Assembly (NCBI GenBank): GCA_043228905.1
Contig: JBHGNT010000002.1
Coordinates: 14,384,001 to 14,448,000 of the forward strand
Reading direction: 5' to 3'
Length of the DNA stretch: 64,000 bases
Origin: Azolla caroliniana
Lineage: Eukaryota > Plantae > Polypodiophyta
In this document: positions 1 through 10,206 of the stretch, one piece after another
How the letters are laid out: the number at the start of each line of letters is the position of its first letter
Numbering within the stretch: the first letter of the stretch is position 1
Program-made: the position numbers and the translations under genes
Notes under the pieces: model-generated
The model's input: only the letters and a program-made list of their open reading frames with translations
Told to the model about the DNA's origin: nothing
The model's database searches: none

Positions 1-1252
1 AGAGATGACAATCTTTCTTACAACAAGGATACCACCAAAACATCTATCGGTAGACGAAAGGAAAAGGTTGGCGGTACAGAGTCGTAATTTTTGTCTTTTG
101 AACGACACTCTGTATCATAAAGGAGCAGATGGTATTTGGAGAAGAGTAGTATGACAATTCGAAAAATCGGTCATTCTTCGGGAATTGCAATGTGGAATTG
201 CAGGAGGGCACTATGTTAGGGAAACCACAACCAGAAAAATATGGAACAATGGCTTCGGTGCCGACAGTGATTTATGCCAACGTATGGGACAACCGACAAA
301 AAAGGATCGGATGCCGTTTCAACCTGTGTTACCTCTTGAACCTTTCCAGAAATGGGGTTTGGATTTTGTAGGCCCATTCAAACCGGCAACAGTAAGAATA
401 AGCAATCGATATATTATAGTTGCCACTGACTACTGCACGAAGTGGGTAGAAGCTAAAGCTCTAAGGGATAATACAGCAGCTTCAACAACAAAAAATTTGT
501 ACGAAAGTATATGGTGTAGATTCGGTTGCCCAATAGAATTAGTGAGTGATCAAGGTACACATTTCATTAACAAGCTTGTTCATGAATTGTCTACATACTA
601 TGCAATGGTTCATAAGAAAAGCACGCCTTACTATCCACAAGCGAATGGCTTGGCGGAGTCGACAAACAAAACCCTCCAAACGATACTCAAAAAGATAGTA
701 AATGAGAATCGTATGGACTGGGATCAAAAGTTACATAGTGCTTTATGGGCATATCGCATGTTGTACAAAACATCTATTAAATCAACACCTTTCCGAATGG
801 CTTTCGGATTGGAGGCAGTTATGCCAATCGAATTCCAGATTCCGACACTCCGAATACAAGCAACCGAAAAATTAAATGAACTACAGTCAGAGCAAATTTG
901 GAAGGAATCTTTATTGCTGTTAGAAGAAGACCGAATACAAGCTATGTCAGCTTTGGAGCACAAGCAGAGGCAAATGAAGGCATTTGTAAATCGACATCAA
1001 CGAAAAACCGAAACTCAATTCGGAATTGGGAAACCGGTACTTGTTTTTCAGACCAGGATGGGGGCTATGCCAGGTAAACTTCGGTATAGATGGACAAGAC
1101 CAATTTGGATCGTGAACAGTAAAAATGGTACGTATCAATTGGGAAACCTATCAGGTGAGATTTTGCCGAAATGGGTCAATGGTTTCTGGCTTAAGCCATA
1201 TCATGGAGACATGTCGGAAAATCCATTTAAGGCTGAATCGGAAGAAAAGTAA
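1..1252 (+). pseudogene. pol: Ty3/Gypsy integrase region (Gypsy A, Athila/Tat-related non-chromovirus), decayed
   Basis: ORF 185-1252 has zinc-finger remnant GGHY..C..CQR, core WGLDFVGP / SDQGTHF / PYYPQANGLAE and a GPY/F-like tail. There is an in-frame stop upstream at ~152. Homologous to 48029-49140 (-). Confidence 0.93.
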
Positions 1253-1602
1253 AAAAAAAACAAAAAACTAACTATACAAAATTTTCTTGCCAAATCATAA
1301 CTAACTATCAAGAAGAGAATCTTGGAATGATTTAAGAAGGCTATAAGTAAGAAGTAGTGGAGGCATGTTTTCTATTAGTCATTATTGCTATTTCTAGCTA
1401 TTACTCCACTAGTACACCTAGTCATTACCTACATTAATAGTACTTTTATTACCTAGGCATCATGCAAAAAATTAATTCCTTAAAACCTATTTCTGTAATG
1501 TCTGTTTCACCATAGAAGCAGAAACGCATTCGAGCTCACAAGTTTTCTGATCTTCTTCGCCATAGCCCACAATGTTTTCCACCGTCACCACAGAGCGATG
1601 AT

Positions 1603-2125
1603 TTGTCAATGGACGACGACAATATGCCGATTATCGTATTTGATAACTTGCGCCGCTGGCTCGTTCGCAATAATTTACAAGGATTCTTGAAAGTCGCAAA
1701 AGCAGAGCCGCACCCGCACGCTGAAGCTCTGATGGCAAAAATCGATGTCTCGACGATCACTAATAAGAAGGTAAGAGCGGCATTGGAGATGCCAAGAGGA
1801 GGGTTCGACGTTGTCAACATGGTCACAGAAGATGGGTTGCGGTCCTATTTTGGTGAGTATTCGCCCTCCGCCAAAGCGTATCAGACACAAGGAGGTAGGG
1901 ATGTTTTTTTTCATGAAGTTGCAAAATTTTTATTGGAAGTAGGGTTTGTTAGTCCGAGATTCTACTGTATGCCCAAAAAGAGGGCCGGATTTATCATCAC
2001 CGCTTATGAAGGCGAAGCTTTCGATTGGGGCAACTGTCGGCAGATGCTCTGAGAGAGCAACTGTATGGAGTTCAGAAGGGAAAACCAATGAAGCCGATTT
2101 TTGCTCGTTGATTATCAGTATTATT
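1603..2125 (+). pseudogene. N-terminal part of an extra ORF downstream of pol in Gypsy A
   Basis: DDNMPIIVFDNLRRWLVRNNLQGFLKVAKAEPHPHAE aligns by eye with DDDMECMVLSEAAKKWLKQHGLEGFLRIVEAPLNGDAE at the equivalent post-integrase position of Gypsy C (47450-47570, -). Confidence 0.7.
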
Positions 2126-2346
2126 TGTTGTGACCCTAGCGTCGTGACAAGGAGTGTGAGCGAACTAGCACAACTATTGAGGTGATATGGGAAGAGTAAG
2201 AAAAGAAATAAAGCAATGATGCAAGTGAAACTAAGGTGAGTAGGATTAGAGGTGAACAAGAGTAAAAGAGAATGAGAGAATGAGATGAAAGAAGAAGAGA
2301 AGAGTGAGTGAGAAAAAACAAAAGCTTAAGAAATTTTCATTAGAAA

Positions 2347-2398
2347 GACCTTGTGCAAACTAGTTTCGCTCTAGGTAGAGCTCATCAGTGCCAAGGTC
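2347..2398 (-). ncRNA. Minimal type I hammerhead ribozyme
   Basis: Minus strand reads GACCTTG-GCA CTGATGA GCTCTA-CC-TAGAGC GAAA CTAG TT TGC-A-CAAGGTC. It has the full catalytic core, stem II, a palindromic mini-stem III (AACTAGTT), a GUU cleavage triplet and a 10-bp stem I with one bulge. Confidence 0.9.
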
Positions 2399-2418
2399 AT
2401 TTACAACAAGAGGGTAGG

Positions 2419-2426
2419 TTTATATA
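2419..2426 (-). promoter_or_regulatory. Putative TATA box of the PLE terminal repeat
   Basis: TATATAAA on the minus strand, about 20 nt upstream of the hammerhead. Confidence 0.5.
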
Positions 2427-2429
2427 GGG

Positions 2430-2432
<3 letters not shown>

Positions 2433-2483
<51 letters not shown>
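2433..2483. repeat. (GA)n/(TC)n microsatellite in the PLE 3' region
   Basis: About 25 perfect AG units. Confidence 0.95.
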
Positions 2484-2486
<3 letters not shown>

Positions 2487-2667
2487 GGAGTTTAATGATG
2501 GGAGAGAGGGAAACGGGGAATTGTGATAGGCAAATGATTGATAAGTGAAAGTGGGTTAGAGGGGGGTTATATGTATGTATATGATAAGTGATAGGTGGGG
2601 GTGGGTGTGGGGGTGGGCTCTAAGAAGAGGGGGATTTATAGGGGTGGGATATAAAAGGAATATAGTA

Positions 2668-4043
2668 TTAAGTGGGAGTATTTATGGATTTATATTTAGT
2701 TTTGACGAGAAGGGAATGAATGAACTTAGACTTAGTCCAACAAATGAAGGGCCGCGGTAGTTCGGATAGTTGGGGATGTGTGGCTAAATTTGCGTGGAGG
2801 TTTTCTAGCATGTCGTGAATTCCTAATCTAGGGGTATCTTTCGTATACCTAAGTTTGAAGATGACAGGTATAAGGGTACTTTTAGGTTTTCTACTAAATA
2901 CTAGTGATTTCCTAGCGCTAAATGGGACCTTTTTATAATTCTCTAATATAAAAGAAAGGGGATATCCTCTCTTAACTAATCTACTAAAAAATAGTTTTTT
3001 CATTCGAAGGAAACCTAAGGGGGTACTTTCTCTAATTAGGTATCGTTTTAGTTCATTAATAATAAAATGGCGTTTTAAGTGAAGGCGGTGAACTGACGAG
3101 AATGAGAGATACTGGTAGGCATTTTGGGGCTTTTGGTAGCAATTAAAGGAGAAATGTGAATTCTTTAGGTTAATCCATAAATCTAAGAACGGTAATCTAA
3201 AGGGTGAAGTGGTGATGGTAATTTTGATGTAATTATTAGTGGAGGTGTTATAGAACTGGAGGTAATTTTCTAATTCGGGTTTAGTACCCGTCCATATCCC
3301 GAATGCATCATCTATATATCTAGTGAAATAAAAAAGATGAGGGTGTGATGGTTGGGAGTTCTCTAAGTGAGCTAAGAATAGGCATGCATAAACTACAGAA
3401 AAATTACTACCCATGGCTGTACCCTTGACTTGTTGATAGATCATGTCATCAAAGGATAGAAAGTGATATTCTAACGTGAGTGCACTAAGTGTATAGATAA
3501 GGTTAGTTTTAGAAGATGAAAAATGTGAGGTAATCATTTTTCGTAAAGGTTGAAGTCCTAACCTAGGGGGTATGCTGGGATATAAAGATTCAACATCAAA
3601 GGTGAAGATAAAACTATTAGGGGGTGGGTTGAGATGTTCTAAAGTCTGGACAAGGGAATGTGAGTCTTTCAAATATTGCTTCTTAAGGAGAAGGATAGGC
3701 ATGAGTTGGTGGTGAAGCCATTTTGATGTTTGTTCAAAAAGGGAGTTATTGTATGAGCAAATAGGTCTAAAACCTATTGGTTTTTTATGGAGTTTTGGGA
3801 GGAAATAGATATTGCATACTTGGTACCCTTTTGAGGGTTTATGTAGTATGTAGTTGGCTTCTATGTTGGATAGGGTACCAAGATGGTTATTAACAATGCT
3901 TTTCAATCTATAGGATAATTCCTCAAGTGGATAGTGGGAGACATTTTTATATGTATTAGTATCGGAAAAGTGTTCTATAGCTTTGTTATAGTACGTGTCT
4001 TTATCAAGAACACACACTCCAACATTCTTGTCAGCAAGTACAG
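2668..4043 (-). CDS. Penelope-like reverse transcriptase (about 455 open codons), no C-terminal GIY-YIG domain
   Basis: Motifs ADKN, YFLPKLHK, FRPI, FDVESLYPSI, QQVKGTAMGS, RYIDD, LPFLDL, YQKP..YL..SSVH are typical of PLE/TERT-related RTs. The ORF stops at 2668 after the thumb region. The first ~50 aa of the 2668-4200 ORF are read-through from flanking Gypsy DNA. Confidence 0.9.
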
Positions 4044-4288
4044 TCATCCCGAACCCGACGACAAGTCCAACGGGAAGAGTGGAGGGAAGAAGAATCGGCG
4101 CAAGACGATACCACTCAAACCGAATTTGACCAATCGGACCCAAGGCAACAACAAGAATCGGAACAACAACAGTTGACGCAGTCTCAACAGTTGACAGCAC
4201 AACCCGAACCTGACCAGCAACCGACTACTCAACAGAAGGGGTTTCCGTGGGTTCACCGGACAACGTCCTGGCCCACGGGCGTGCCAAA

Positions 4289-4640
4289 TGTTACTCGGAC
4301 ATGTATGGATGCATCAGAGTCGGAAGGATGTTCGGAGTCGGATTGACAGTTCGGATCGATGATTCAACAGATAGTCGAATAGAACATAGTTAGTTACGAA
4401 GTTTTGCAATTCTTGATAATTATAGGCAGTAGGATTTCTTGATGAGAAAAGACCTTCGGGTTACCTATAAAAGGAACCGAAGGCATTGTAAAAATCTATC
4501 GTTGTATTTAGTAATATAAAGTTTAGTTAGGAAACCTCTATGGCCGGATCGCTCTTGCCATCTATTTCCTTTTGTCTAAGCTATATTACATAAGTCACGA
4601 TCTCAGTGTCTGTTATCATTGATAAGTTTACAGATAATTC
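4289..4640 (+). repeat. Truncated 3' LTR of Gypsy A
   Basis: Starts TGTTAC 2 nt after CCCACGGGCGTGCCA, as in the copies at 17181 and 39405. Contains CCTATAAAAGG like those LTRs. Confidence 0.65.
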
Positions 4641-4644
4641 GTAT

Positions 4645-6026
4645 CTATTCGTCTAACCACAACTTCTTGATAGAACGTTCGGTACGAATGTTCGTCTTAC
4701 CGTCGTCACCTCCCTCGGAGTTAGACTCGCGTTGATCCAACTCGTTCCTATCCGTGCCGTAATCCGACACTTTCTTCTTCCCCTTTTCTTTGCGCGTAAG
4801 CCGTCTCCTTAGCTTCCTGTGCAGAGAATGCACGGCCGAATCTCGACTACTCGCCGACTCTTCATCGGACTGGTCGAACCGACTCAGTCGTCCATCCGGT
4901 CCGCTTAACCGAAATGAGATCGGACTCTCTTCGCGGGTCCCGATTTCAGGCTCATCCGGAGGCAACTTGGCCTCGCTGACCTCATCATCAGAACTCGGAT
5001 TGGAGGTGAGGTCCGGAGTCAGAGGCAAGTACCAGGACGCGGACTCATCAAACACAGCGTCACGGCTCACGCGTGCTTGTTTGGTGCAAGGGTTATAACA
5101 GTTATAATCCTTTTGCTCGTCCGAGTAGCCGACCAAAATACACTTCTCGGCTTTCGCGTCTAATTTCCTCCGTTTATCCTTCGGCACATGCACATACGCA
5201 ATGCTACCGAAAATTCTCAAGTGTCGCAGATTCGACTTCCGTCCGATATACAACTCATGCACCAACACTTTTTCTCCGATCAGATTCTGAATGTACACCG
5301 CGGTTCGTACCGCCTTGGCCCAATAGAACTTGGGCAAGCTCTTTTCCTCCAGCATTTCCCTCGCCGCTTCTACAATTGACCGGTTCTTCCTCTCAGCCAT
5401 GCCGTTTTGCTCCGGCGTGTATCTACAATTGAATTCGCACCGAATTCCACTCTGTTGCAGATAGCCGTTGATTTGACCGGAAAAGTACTCTTTTCCGCCA
5501 TCCGACCGCAAGCACTTGATCTTCCGTCCTATTTCCGTTTCCACGAACCCTTTGAGGTCCCGGAAACAGTCAAAGACTTCACTCTTCTTCTCGATGAGAT
5601 AGATCCACGTGTGCCACATATAGTTGTCGATGAAGGAGACAAAATATCGACTCCCGCCAAGAATAACGTTTTGTGTCGGCCCCCATACATCGAAATGTAT
5701 TAAGTCGAGCGTGTTTCGGCTCCGGTTACACTCGTTAGGGAAAGGGAGCCGGTGTTGCTTCCCGAGTTGGCAGGCTTCACAAATTCGTGCCTTCCGGCCA
5801 CTAAATTTGGGCAATTCGAACACCACATGTTTCGATTGCAGGTCCTGAAGCTCATAAGTGAGCTCTACACTAACTCCCAAAATTATTCCCTACGAGGAAT
5901 ATCATACTAACGGCCTTCTGGTTTACACACCGATATGGCCATGTTATGCGTACTGATTTACGCACCTAGTCTACGCACTGGGTTACGCATTGTATTACGC
6001 ACGAATGTTGAGCTTGTCTCTTAACA
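4645..6026 (-). mobile_element. Copia fragment: integrase plus partial 5' LTR (family of Copia B/D)
   Basis: CEACQLGKQHR, HFDVWGP, RSDGGKEY, TPEQNGMAER. 5853-6026 matches the LTR end ..GTTGAGCTTGTCTCTTAACA of the 46539-46975 family. Confidence 0.9.
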
Positions 6027-7186
6027 ACAAGAAACTAAACCGACCGAAGAAGAAGAAGAATAAGAAGAAGAAGACACTGGATACGGACAAGATGCCAAAT
6101 TGGATTCGGATTCGGAACAAACAGAGCAACCGGTAGTCAGAAACCAAGGACAGAGATATCCTCTCCGAGAGAGAAGAGCCCCCCAGAGATTTCCGGATGA
6201 AGAGCAGGTGTTGCTAACAAATGAGGGGGAGCCGGAAAGCTTTGAAGAAGTAAAGAGTGACACCCACAATTGCAAGTGGTTGAGTGCCATGCATGATGAG
6301 ATGGATTCCCTACATGAGAACCCCACATATGAATTGATGGAGTTGCCGAAAGGGAAGAGTGCACTCCGGAACAAGTGGGTGTACAAGTTGAAACAGGAGA
6401 TGCCGAAAATCCACCAAGGTAAAAGGCCTGAATTGTGGTGAAGGGCTTCAAGCAGAAGAAAGGAGTGAACTTCGATGAGATCTTTTCCGCTATAGTAAAG
6501 ATGACATCCATCCGGACGGTATTGGGCATAACGGCAAGCATGGTCCTCAAGGTACAGGAACTAGATGTCAAGACGACATTCCTACATGGCGACCTCGAAG
6601 AAGAAATCTACATGCATCAACCGAAAGGATTTGAGAATAAAGGGAAGGAGCACCTGGTGTGCCGGTTGAGGAAGAGCCTATACGGATTGAAGCAAGCTCC
6701 CCAGCAATGGTACCAAAAGTTTGACTCCTTCATGATGGACCAAGGGTACCGCAAAACGCAAGCCGATCATTGCGTGTTTGTGAAGAAATTTGACGAAGAG
6801 GATGATATGCTGATCGTCGGACGAGACCAAGGCAAGATTCAGATGCTAAAGAAAGCTCTGAACTGGAACTTCTCAATGAAAGTCTTGGGCCCAACAAGAC
6901 AGATATTGGGAATGCACATCATCTGGGACCGGTCGAAGAAGCTATTGTGGTTGTCATAGGAGAAGTACGTGACAAAGGTGCTTCAATAGTTCAACATGTC
7001 GGAGGCGAAACTGGTCGCATCGACACTTCCGCCAAATTGCAAGCTATCCGGAAAACAAAGCCCGAGGACAAAGGCGGAGAAGGCGGATATGATGAAGATA
7101 CCATATGCCTCTGCCATAGGGAGCTTGATGTACAGGATGGTATGTACCTGGATGGATATCGGATATGTGGTCGGAGTGGTGAGCCG
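6027..7186 (+). pseudogene. pol: Copia RT fragment related to Copia G
   Basis: RYPLRERRAP..F..VLLT.EGE.ESFEE, DVKTTFLHGDLEEEIYM and KSLYGLKQAP align with 57700-58760. Contains frameshifts and stops. Confidence 0.9.
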
Positions 7187-8040
7187 TATCTACAGAACAA
7201 AGAATACTCTCGAATAGAAGTTTTTTGTCTGCTCATTCAGTCAGTCACTCAGTCTCTCTCTTATCTCATCTCTGTGTATACCTAACTGTTGTATTCCTAA
7301 ATAACCGACTGTGTACTTTGTTTGTGTCTCGCACAACGCTTCTGTACATTGTCGTGAAGAAAACCGTCCCTAGGCGCAAACCGTGTATAGTGTGTGTGAA
7401 CCGGCCCTTACACGTGGGCACACCCCTTGTTGTATAGTAGATAGGTAGGCACAAAGGTTAAATCCTAGGTAGCAATATTCTATAGGGGAAATCGAGGAGT
7501 ATCTTTGTCCGAAAGGACAGAGAATTAATGTGATGTAAATGGGTGAACGGCCTCCCTCCTTGAGCTATAAAGGAGAGGGAGACGGGGGGGAGAGAGGTAT
7601 CGCGCGCTAGAGGGGACGAAGTGCTGTCGGACTGGGACCAAGCTCTTCTCCTCTGTCGTTCTCCATAGCTTTCTTTGCGCAGGTTCTCGAGAGGCTGATT
7701 CTGCTCAGTCGAACACCCGTGTGCTTCCGGCAGAATCTCCATCTTGCTCCCCTGTGTGCGTGGGTGATCAGGCGTCGACACCTGTCTCGCCGACCTGATC
7801 GGCTGTAACCATTCGAGTCATCTGCATACATATATTTATTTACGCGTTCTTATACTCTATCTCCTACCCAACTTGTGTCACTTGTGTTGATTGGGCTGCG
7901 TTCCCGCACGCTTCTTTGTCTATCCGTGTGTGAGCGTCTCTCTCTCTCTCTCTCCTTTCACTTCCTCACCTATTCCTCGGTCCAAGACCCCAGTGGTCCT
8001 GCCTCGTTCTCCATGCACGCGCGTAGCAACGCGACATATT

Positions 8041-8057
8041 TGGTGAGCCCGACGTGA
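8041..8057 (+). promoter_or_regulatory. Primer binding site, tRNA-Trp-like
   Basis: TGGTGAGCCCGACGTGA lies 4 nt after the LTR. It is complementary, with one G:U, to the recalled plant tRNA-Trp 3' end UCACGUCGGGUUCACCA. Confidence 0.75.
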
Positions 8058-8079
8058 ACAAGCGGCAGAGGAGTAGAAG

Positions 8080-10206
8080 ATGAGGGTGTCGGACCTTGCA
8101 GAAGCCATGGCTTCGGTTGTAGACCATATAGTGAGTGCGCGCGAAGGCACCGGTGCCCTTGATAGGGCTATCGAGGCGGTTGTCGGTACGATCGGCCGGT
8201 TTAGTGGGAAGGATGCCACGAGCTACTTGGCGTCCTACCGGGCTAAGATGGTAATGAGGGACATTCCGGAAGAGAGGCATCTAGCGAGATTCCCTCGAGT
8301 GGCGATGCCGGGTATCCATACGGAGGTGCTTGAGGTACGGGCCGAGAGCCGGACCTGGGAGGAGTTCGAAGGTCGGCTCCTCGAAAGATACGGGCTTGAA
8401 GATGCGCTTCGAATTTCGAAGCGGGACTTCATGGAGTGGGTGGAGACCCCCAACAAAGGAAGGAACGCAACAGTGCTCCTTCGGGAGTTTGAGGAACGCT
8501 TCACGCGCCTCTCGGTGCTTGACCGGACCGTTCTGGACACAAGCCGTGTCCTATTGTTTGTTAAGTCGGTTGACGAGCAGGATCAGGAGCAGGTAGGTCT
8601 CCAATTGGAGACTAATGACGGGCTGGCTGCCGAATGGGCCGTGGTGAAAAGGGTCTGTGGCCGTTTCGACAAACGGCGGGAATGGGTTGACAAAGGATCG
8701 ACAGGGGCGGGCTCTGTCGCAGCAAAGAAGCTCGAGCCAACACCACCAACGCGAAGGGAAGAGACCCGAGATTGGCTCGAGACCGGGTCGGCTTCAACCG
8801 GCATGGTCAAGGGCTCGTCCGGGGGAGCAGCTTTGGAGGAGCTGACGCGGATGGTAAAGGATCTCCAGATCGCCCAGGCACGGAGGGGTGGTGGCGAACA
8901 GGTCCGTGACCGACGACCTCTGGCTGAAAACAGGTGCATGTGGTGTGACGCGGTTGGGCACATCCGGAAGGACTGCGGGGACTTCGCCGAGGCGATAAGA
9001 AGCAACGTGGTGTACCTGTGGAATGGTCGGGTGCACGCCAACGAGACCTGAAGGGCCCTGAACCTGAACGTCGGGCAAGGGGGTATGAAAAGGCTGATGG
9101 AGGAGGTGGCGGCTCGTCACGCGGAGACCGTCCACTACTCGGCGTCAGCTGGTATTCGGGTCGGAGGTGGTGAGGCCCCGAAAACGAACAAAGCCGGGTT
9201 CTGGCCAACGATGCTAGAAGTCCTCGCTGATGCACGACTGAGGAAAGAAGAGGTGGACCGCGCGAAAAAATGGGTCCGGGAGGTAACCGGGTGGAGTGAC
9301 CTGGTGGAAGAAAAGACGGGCTTCGTCGAAGCCACATGTCAAAACTACGAGGCTCTGGTGGAGGACAAGCGAGTAGGGAAAACCGGAGGGGCCGGGCCTT
9401 CGCAGAGATATGAAACTCGATTCGGGCAAAGACGGAATGAGGCCGGTGTAACCGGCGCCCAGGATAATCCCAAGAGGGGCGGGTACCGGCTAGGCACAGA
9501 AATCGAAAGATCCACGGACCTGCGAAAGGTCCTGGAAGAACAAATCCTCGACAACAAGGTGGAACTGTCGCTGAGGGAAGTGCTCGGGATCGCCAAGAAG
9601 GAGTTCCATGACTCCATCGTAGACTTGGTGAAGAGGAAGAGGCTGTCGACGGAGACAGAACCGGAGAAGCCAGTGGAGGTGCGGATGACGCACATAGAGG
9701 ACATGGTGCTGGAAGACGAGTTGGCGGAGAGCCACTATTTGAGGCCGCATTGGGCCAGAGCGACCACGGAGACCCCCGTGAAGATCGGAGATGTTCATGA
9801 ACCGGTGGTGGCGTTGGTGGACCACAGTTCAGAAATCAATTTGATGTCCATGGACTTCTATAAGAAGGGGAAATGGCCGATCAACACTAAGCATGGGTGG
9901 AAGATATGGGCAGCGACGCGTGCCATCGAAGAATTGCATGGAGCCTGCCCGAATGTACGAGTAAAGATCGGCGATGTCGAGATTGACCAACACTTCTTCG
10001 TGCAGGAGACGTCCTCACATCCGGTTATACTAGGAGAACCGTACATCATGGCAGCACAGATGGAGACCAAGGTGCTGGACAACGGCTCGGCCTATGCAAG
10101 GGTCAAGAGCCAGGATGGGCGTCACTCGGTCCAGTTCCTGACGGTGAGACCAAACCATGAGAAGAACCGCGAGACCCTCGGGGGCGAAAGCCGGGAGGAT
10201 TTTTGA
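8080..10206 (+). pseudogene. gag: Gypsy B gag-protease, one premature stop at 9049-9051
   Basis: ORFs 8080-9051 and 9085-10206 share a frame. Zinc knuckle CMWCDAVGHIRKDC and protease-like LVDHSSEINLM..ILGEPY. Confidence 0.88.

Larger units (their letters stand above)
2136..4043 (-). mobile_element. Penelope-like retroelement, 5'-truncated, inserted into Gypsy A
   Basis: PLE-type RT, followed by a 3' region with (TC)n, a TATA box and a hammerhead. Its composition differs sharply from the flanks, which are both Gypsy A sequence. Boundaries are approximate. Confidence 0.85.

Noticed and set aside
4044-4200. Hydrophobic N-terminus of the 510-aa RT ORF, resembling a signal or transmembrane segment
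   Set aside because: It is antisense read-through of Gypsy A sequence beyond the PLE truncation point, not part of the RT protein.
7458-7831. Duplicated 107-aa and 74-aa ORFs, also at 13703-14076
   Set aside because: They recur only because they lie in the two LTRs of Gypsy B, and they have no recognisable domain. The same applies to ORFs in the Copia G LTRs.
9049-9051. Programmed stop-codon readthrough in Gypsy B gag
   Set aside because: The TGA is most simply a CGA-to-TGA decay like many others in this element, and there is no recognisable readthrough context.
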